Assembly (NCBI GenBank): GCA_046563655.1 | Contig: CM102283.1 | Coordinates: 4,216,001-4,280,000 of the forward strand | Length of the DNA: 64,000 nucleotides | Direction: 5' to 3' | DNA from: Yuukianura sp. NJ FZ-2021 | Taxonomy: Eukaryota | In this document: positions 57,212 to 64,000 of the stretch, piece by piece | How the letters are laid out: every line of letters begins with the position of its first letter | Numbering within the stretch: position 1 is the stretch's first letter | Program-made: the position numbers and the translations under genes | Notes under the pieces: model-generated | The model's input: only the letters and a program-made list of their open reading frames with translations | Databases searched by the model: none | Told to the model about the DNA's origin: nothing

Positions 57212-58469
57212 CCCTTTTCGCGACGGGTAACCCAAAAAGTGGCTTTGGCTTGCTCGTACTCACAGACGGGATCGACAGAACCAAAGTGTGTTTTCTGGAC
57301 GGGCGACCCAGAAAGGGGTTTTTGTTCCTGTGCATACCTGGACGGGAGTCCCAAAATAGGGTTTTCATATGTTTAAGCCAACTTATTGCTTTTCGCTTTT
57401 GTCTTACTCTTTGCTTATCACTACCATCGTGTAGCCCCATCTGTTGTGATAATTTTTTGTTTTTACGCTGTTCCAAAATTCCAATGTCTTCTCATTCAAT
57501 ATTGGAGTTGAATATATTTTGTGCTTTTTCTGGATAGATTTTGATCGTTTCGGTCTCTGTAATTAATTCTGGATCCGAATTGTTTTTACGGGACCAAAAT
57601 CAATTCTTGAGATAATTTAATAACATATAATATAAATCTTATTAAGTTATGGTATTAGTGCTTCAAGTTCGGACCCGAAATGAAAAGTTCGAACTTCGAA
57701 CCTTAAGTTCTAACTTCTTCACAAGGAGTTCGAACTTTCGAACCTTTTTTAACAGGCAAAAAGCAATGGTCAGTGAAAAAAAAAGTGAACGCGATCATTT
57801 TAGCAAGTCACATTTGAAATGTGTTTTCCTCTGTATATGTATTCTTTTTCAGACAATGACTTTAAAAAATGGTTTAAATTTAAGAAAAACTTATTCTTGT
57901 GGCAATGTGCTAGGACTTTGGTTGAAATCCATATGTTGCTGGATATTTTGCCTATATTGACCTATAGATTCGAACTCTTTTGGCTGAGGTTCGAACTTCG
58001 AACCGGGAAAAATAGTCGAGTTCGAGTTCGAAAGTTCAAACTTGAAGCACTATATGGTATATATATTATGTTATTATATAATATAATAATAATAAAATGC
58101 TATTATATTATATGCTTATTTTATAACTTTATTTTTTATTACATACTATATATGTAATATGTAGTATATTATGTAATATTATATAACATATATAATATTA
58201 TAAGCTATATAATATAATATAACGTATAATATTATTTAATATTATACAATAGATAATAATATTATTTAATAAATATACAGATTGAAATGGGATATTCGAT
58301 TTATGGGCAGAGACTGTAATGAGATTTGTTGCTTAGAAAAAGAGGCCCCGTCTGGTGGAATCAGTCTACGATTTGTTTACCCGTCTGACACGCCCGAGTA
58401 GGGAGAACCCCAGAATGGGTCCCCCGTCTAACAAACGCACTCGGTGCTAATGACCTTGTCGCGAAAAGG
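57212..58469. mobile_element. Non-autonomous TIR DNA transposon, copy 2
   Basis: Duplicate of 54902-56159 at +2310 with the same insertion site. Confidence 0.8.
57656..58052. mobile_element. hAT-type MITE, copy 2
   Basis: Duplicate of 55346-55742. Confidence 0.85.
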
Positions 58470-59220
58470 TTAGAGACATTTTGTAACATTTTGTGACATT
58501 CGACGACAAAAAACGACAAATGTTGAAGTTCAGTTAATTTGACAAACATGCTTCTGTGAGCTTATGTTTGACGAGATTTACTCGACACATGTCTCTTGAG
58601 ATAAGCGGTTCGAAAAACCACCTTGAGATGAAGAATAGGAAGCGTTCTGTTTATTTCACCGGGAGGTAAATATGGAATTCATCTCGTTGTTATTTGTTGG
58701 GCAATATTTACTTTACACTGTCGGCAAGCCTTAAAAAAAGACCGCTGTAACGAGCCAAATGCAAGGGGCCATTGACAACTACAGTAGGTCTAAATGCGGT
58801 CAGATTATGTTGTGGTTATTTAGAGACATTTTGTAACATTTTGTGACATTCGACGACAAAAAACGACAAACGTTGAAGTTGAGTTAATTTGACAAATATG
58901 CTTCTGTGGGCTTATGTTTGACGAGATTTACTCGACACACGTCTCTTGAGGTAAGTGGTTCGATAAACCACCTTGAGATGAAGAATAGGAAGCGTTATGT
59001 TTATTTGACCGGGAGTAAACAGGGAATTCATCTCGTTGTTATTTGTTTTCCAATATTTACTTTATAGTGTCGGCACGCCTAAAAAGAAGACCGCTGTCAA
59101 GAGCCAAATGCTATGGGCAATTGACAACTTCAGTGGGTCTCCTTGCGGTCAGATAATGATGTGGTTATTTAGAGACATTTTGTACCATTTTGTGACATTC
59201 GACGACAAAAAACGACAAAT
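58470..59220. repeat. Satellite, about 2 monomers
   Basis: 350-bp monomers. Confidence 0.93.
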
Positions 59221-61112
59221 GTGTAGTCCCAACGAAGAAGGGCGTACCTCGGATTTTGAAATTTTTTTCCTTGGAGACGAGAAAAGTAAATAAATTTCGC
59301 CAATAGTCGGAATCAAAAATGTCTGCAGATTTCGATTTCAAAAATGCAATTAGAAATCGCCTTACCAAAGTGTCGATGGTACAAGTAACTTTTTCCGATA
59401 AAAACTTCGTACTTAGCAAAGTAGCGAAAGTGCAAAATATTTTTCATTGTATTCACGAAAACTTTGGAAATTACTGAAATAGTTTCGCACCCTCATTAAA
59501 TTGTGGCAACTGCTTTGAAAATTTTCAATTGCATTGACGAAAAGAACTGAAAATTATTTCATGGAAGCCAATTTGTCAAAGTACATATCCAGCCTCACTA
59601 AACCTAGATAAGGGCCAGAGTGGGGAAGCGGGCCCTTACTTCAGAAGTCAATGTCAACTCGATTCAGAGAACTCAAGTGTTTTCTTGTGAGGTCGACGTT
59701 TCGCACATCACTTTTCACAGGCGCCACAGTCATATAACTTCAAATTTTTTCAAAATTTTCGAATATCTTCAATGATATTAAAAGATCAGCGAGAAGTAGA
59801 CCGACCTGAATTTAACCATACAATATAATAAAATAATTGCTCAGCAATAAGGCGGTTTTCTACAACAAACTCAAAGTAACCTAGTAACCCCCGTTTTACA
59901 CATTAATGATCAAATCCGGGTCATTATATGTTCATTCGTGAAAACCGGAACGAAATCCGTCCAGCAGTTTCTGACTAGTGTGGCTGGTTTTTTCCAGCGT
60001 TGCTGCAAGCTTAAACGTACAGTGGCTTAGTAGCCACTCCCACTGGATATCCACTTGAAGAAATGCACCCAAAATGGGAACTTTTAGCGGATGTAAGAAA
60101 TTCAGAATTTAGCGCGAAATTCAAAAGAAAATTCAAATTTAAAATTATAAAATAATATCACAAAGAGGTTCTTTTATCTTTCATCGTTAAATTTAATAAT
60201 TTATTTAAAACTCATACAAAAACGGTATATCCTTCGTCTTGTACGGTAATTTGAATTGTTTAGGCTTTTTGTATCTAATTAATTCAAACCCCGAGCGCAA
60301 CGCTCAAGCGAGTTGGGTTTGATTTGGGTTTCGATTTGGGTTCATCCAGTTTGTCCTTTGCTACCACCGGATATACAGCCGTGGACCAAATTTCGAAACA
60401 GTGGATATCCAACAACACTGTTTTTTTTTAATACAAACCAAAAATACCTGGTTTTTGGTTTAAAGCATGATTTATTTGGTTTTTAACCAACCAACCAACC
60501 AGTTTAAACCAACATGTCCACAAAAACTCGATATTTCTCAGAAAAATGAATATATCCATTGATTTCAGTTCCAACAATGTTCCTAACAGTGTGAAAAAGG
60601 GTTAGTAATTTGGAAAAAGATAAACGAGTTACTACAAACGAGAGAATGAATTTCATTCAAAAACAAGACTTTTCTGTTCATTCGGTATCCCCTTTTCCCC
60701 ATTTACTCAAGTTGGTTTAAACCTAATTAATGTGAATAAAAACCGTTTGGTTTAAATCGTGGTTTAAACCATGGTTTAGATCATTTCTCTTAAACCAAGG
60801 CCACCCTGTTTCTCATAATTAATCCGGACAGACAGACATACAGACATACAGACAGACACACAGACAGACATGTATAATATTATAATAATATCGTCGCCTT
60901 TACAATAACTCTTAACAGCCAACGAACATACAACACAGCTCGCCCAAACAGAATTACACACAGACAGACACCCAAACATCATAACATGAATCTTTCGGAA
61001 ATGAATTCGTTAATTTCGTTGCCGACTCTCGTTAAATTTTGTTTACGTTTTTTCTTGGCAACGCAAGTCGTCATCGCGTTTTGAGGTACGCCATTCTTCG
61101 TCGGAGCTATAG
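59221..61112. mobile_element. Non-autonomous TIR DNA element, 1.9 kb (Sola1-like by AWWT TSD, tentative)
   Basis: Imperfect 30-bp TIRs (GTGTAGTCCCAACGAAGAAGGGCGTACCTC / GAGGTACGCCATTCTTCGTCGGAGCTATAG); AAAT duplicated; no transposase ORF. Confidence 0.78.
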
Positions 61113-62513
61113 AAATGTTGAAGTTTAGTTAATTCGACAAACATGCTTCTGTGGGCTTATGTTTGACGAGATTTACTCGACACGCGTTTCTTGAGGTAAG
61201 CAGTTCTAAAAACCACCATGAGATGAAGAATAGGAAGCGTTCTGATTATTTGACCGGGAAGTAAACAGGGAATTCATCTCGTTGTTATTTGTTTTCCAAT
61301 ATTTACTTTATAGTGTCGGCACGCCTAAAAAGAAGACCGTTGTCACGAGCCAAATGCTATGGGCAATTGACAACTACAGTTGGTCTCCTTGCGGTCAGAT
61401 AATGATGTGGTTATTCAGAGACATTTTGTAACATTTTGTGACATTCGACGACAAAAAACGACAAATGTTGAAGTTCAGTTAATTTGACAAACATGCTTCT
61501 GTGAGCTTATGTTTGACGAGATTTACTCGACACATGTCTCTTGAGATAAGCGGTTCGAAAAACCACCTTGAGATGAAGAATAGGAAGCGTTCTGTTTATT
61601 TGACCGGGAGTAAACAGGGAATTCATCTCGTTGTTATTTGTTGGGCAATATTTACTTTACACTGTCGGCAAGCCTTAAAAAAAGACCGCTGTAACGAGCC
61701 AAATGCAAGGGGCCATTGACAACTACAGTAGGTCTAAATGCGGTCAGATTATGTTGTGGTTATTTAGAGACATTTTGTAACATTTTGTGACATTCGACGA
61801 CAAAAAACGACAAACGTTGAAGTTGAGTTAATTTGACAAATATGCTTCTGTGGGCTTATGTTTGACGAGATTTACTCGACACACGTCTCTTGAGGTAAGT
61901 GGTTCGATAAACCACCTTGAGATGAAGAATAGGAAGCGTTATGTTTATTTGACCGGGAGTAAACAGGGAATTCATCTCGTTGTTATTTGTTTTCCAATAT
62001 TTACTTTATAGTGTCGGCACGCCTAAAAAGAAGACCGCTGTCAAGAGCCAAATGCTATGGGCAATTGACAACTTCAGTAGGTCTAAATGCGGTCAGATTA
62101 TGTTGTGGTTATTTAGAGACATTTTGTAACATTTTGCGACATTCGACGACAAAAAACGACAAACGTTGAAGTTGAGTTAATTTGACAAATATGCTTCTGT
62201 GGGCTTATGTTTGACGAGATTTACTCGACACACGTCTCTTGAGGTAAGTGGTTCGATAAACCACCTTGAGATGAAGAATAGGAAGCGTTATGTTTATTTG
62301 ACCGGGAGTAAACAGGGAATTCATCTCGTTGTTATTTGTTTTCCAATATTTACTTTATAGTGTCGGCACGCCTAAAAAGAAGACCGCTGTCAAGAGCCAA
62401 ATGCTATGGGCAATTGACAACTTCAGTGGGTCTCCTTGCGGTCAGATAATGATGTGGTTATTTAGAGACATTTTGTACCATTTTGTGACATTCGACGACA
62501 AAAAACGACAAAT
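61113..62513. repeat. Satellite, 4 monomers
   Basis: 350-bp monomers. Confidence 0.93.
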
Positions 62514-64000
62514 GTGTAGTCCCAACGAAGAAGGGCGTACCTCGGATTTTGAAATTTTTTTTTCCTTGGAGACGAGAAAAGTAAATAAATTTCGCCAATA
62601 GTCGGAATCAAAAATGTCTGCAGATTTCGATTTCAAAAATGCAATTAGAAATCGCCTTACCAAAGTGTCGATGGTACAAGTAACTTTTTTCCGATAAAAA
62701 CTTCGTACTTAGCAAAGTAGCGAAAGTGCAAAATATTTTTCATTGTATTCACGAAAACTTTGGAAATTACTGAAATAGTTTCGCACCCTCATTAAATTGT
62801 GGCAACTGCTTTGAAAATTTTCAATTGCATTGACGAAAAGAACTGAAAATTATTTCATGGAAGCCAATTTGTCAAAGTACATATCCAGCCTCACTAAACC
62901 TAGATAAGGGCCAGAGTGGGGAAGCGGGCCCTTACTTCAGAAGTCAATGTCAACTCGATTCAGAGAACTCAAGTGTTTTCTTGTGAGGTCGACGTTTCGC
63001 ACATCACTTTTCACAGGCGCCACAGTCATATAACTTCAAATTTTTTCAAAATTTTCGAATATCTTCAATGATATTAAAAGATCAGCGAGAAGTAGACCGA
63101 CCTGAATTTAACCATACAATATAATAAAATAATTGCTCAGCAATAAGGCGGTTTTCTACAACAAACTCAAAGTAACCTAGTAACCCCGTTTTACACATTA
63201 ATGATCAAATCCGGGTCATTATATGTTCATTCGTGAAAACCGGAACGAAATCCGTCCAGCAGTTTCTGACTAGTGTGGCTGGTTTTTTCCAGCGTTGCTG
63301 CAAGCTTAAACGTACAGTGGCTTAGTAGCCACTCCCACTGGATATCCACTGGAAGAAATGCACCCAAAATGGGAACTTTTAGCGGATGTAAGAAATTCAG
63401 AATTTAGCGCGAAATTCAAAAAAAAAATTCAAATTTAAAATTATAAAATAATATCACAAAGAGGTTCTTTTATCTTTCATCGTTAAATTTAATAATTTAT
63501 TTAAAACTCATACAAAAACGGTATATCCTTCGTCTTGTACGGTAATTTGAATTGTTTAGGCTTTTTGTATCTAATTAATTCAAACCCCGAGCGCAACGCT
63601 CAAGCGAGTTGGGTTTGATTTGGGTTTCGATTTGGGTTCATCCAGTTTGTCCTTTGCTTCCACCGGATATACAGCCGTGGACCAAATGTCGAAACAGTGG
63701 ATATCCAACAACACTGTTTTTTTTAATACAAACCAAAAATACCTGGTTTTTGGTTTAAAGCATGATTTATTTGGTTTTTAACCAACCAACCAACCACTTT
63801 AAACCAACATGTCCACAAAAACTCGATATTTCTCAGAAAAATGAATATATCCATTGATTTCAGTTCCAACAATGTTCCTAACAGTGTGAAAAAGGGTTAG
63901 TAATTTGGAAAAAGAAAAACGAGTTACTACAAAAGAGAGAATGAATTTCATTTCATTCAAAAACAAGACTTTTCTGTTCATTCGGTATCCCCTTTTCCCC
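62514..64000. mobile_element. Second copy of the 1.9-kb TIR element, running off the window
   Basis: Same junction and sequence as 59221 at +3293. Confidence 0.78.

Noticed and set aside
59990-60870. Further nested MITEs and a (CAGA)n tract inside the 1.9-kb element
   Set aside because: hAT-like single ends (…CAACACTG, …GGCCACCCTG) are visible, but I could not pair TIRs or find TSDs.
51740-62663. Short ORFs in the satellite and TE junctions (e.g. 51740, 53717, 54766, 59036)
   Set aside because: They arise from chance loss of stops in some monomers and have no recognisable domains.

Overview
Eukaryotic, probably arthropod, heterochromatic DNA; the host call is inferred from short introns, TTAGG-type repeats and the TE families. 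The backbone is a 350-bp tandem satellite. Inserted in it is a minus-strand BEL/Pao LTR retrotransposon (20327-50190, TSD CACCG) carrying three nested insertions: a 507-bp TRIM-like mini-LTR element, an APE-RT LINE with a 17-bp TSD and (ATTC)n tail, and a complete 18.6-kb Polinton/Maverick (31443-50040, TSD CTTGTG) inside the 5' LTR. A truncated duplicate of the BEL+LINE (3766-10652) ends at a junction containing three telomere-type AACCT repeats. The Polinton encodes pPolB, packaging ATPase, integrase, major and minor capsids and an adenain-like protease. It also carries several intron-containing genes that the ORF track misses: two paralogous 3-exon G-patch genes in its diverged inverted ends, an F-box/LRR gene, and a spliced zinc-finger N-terminus of pPolB. 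The right end of the window holds non-autonomous DNA transposons duplicated along with the satellite. All calls are from reading motifs; no searches were run.
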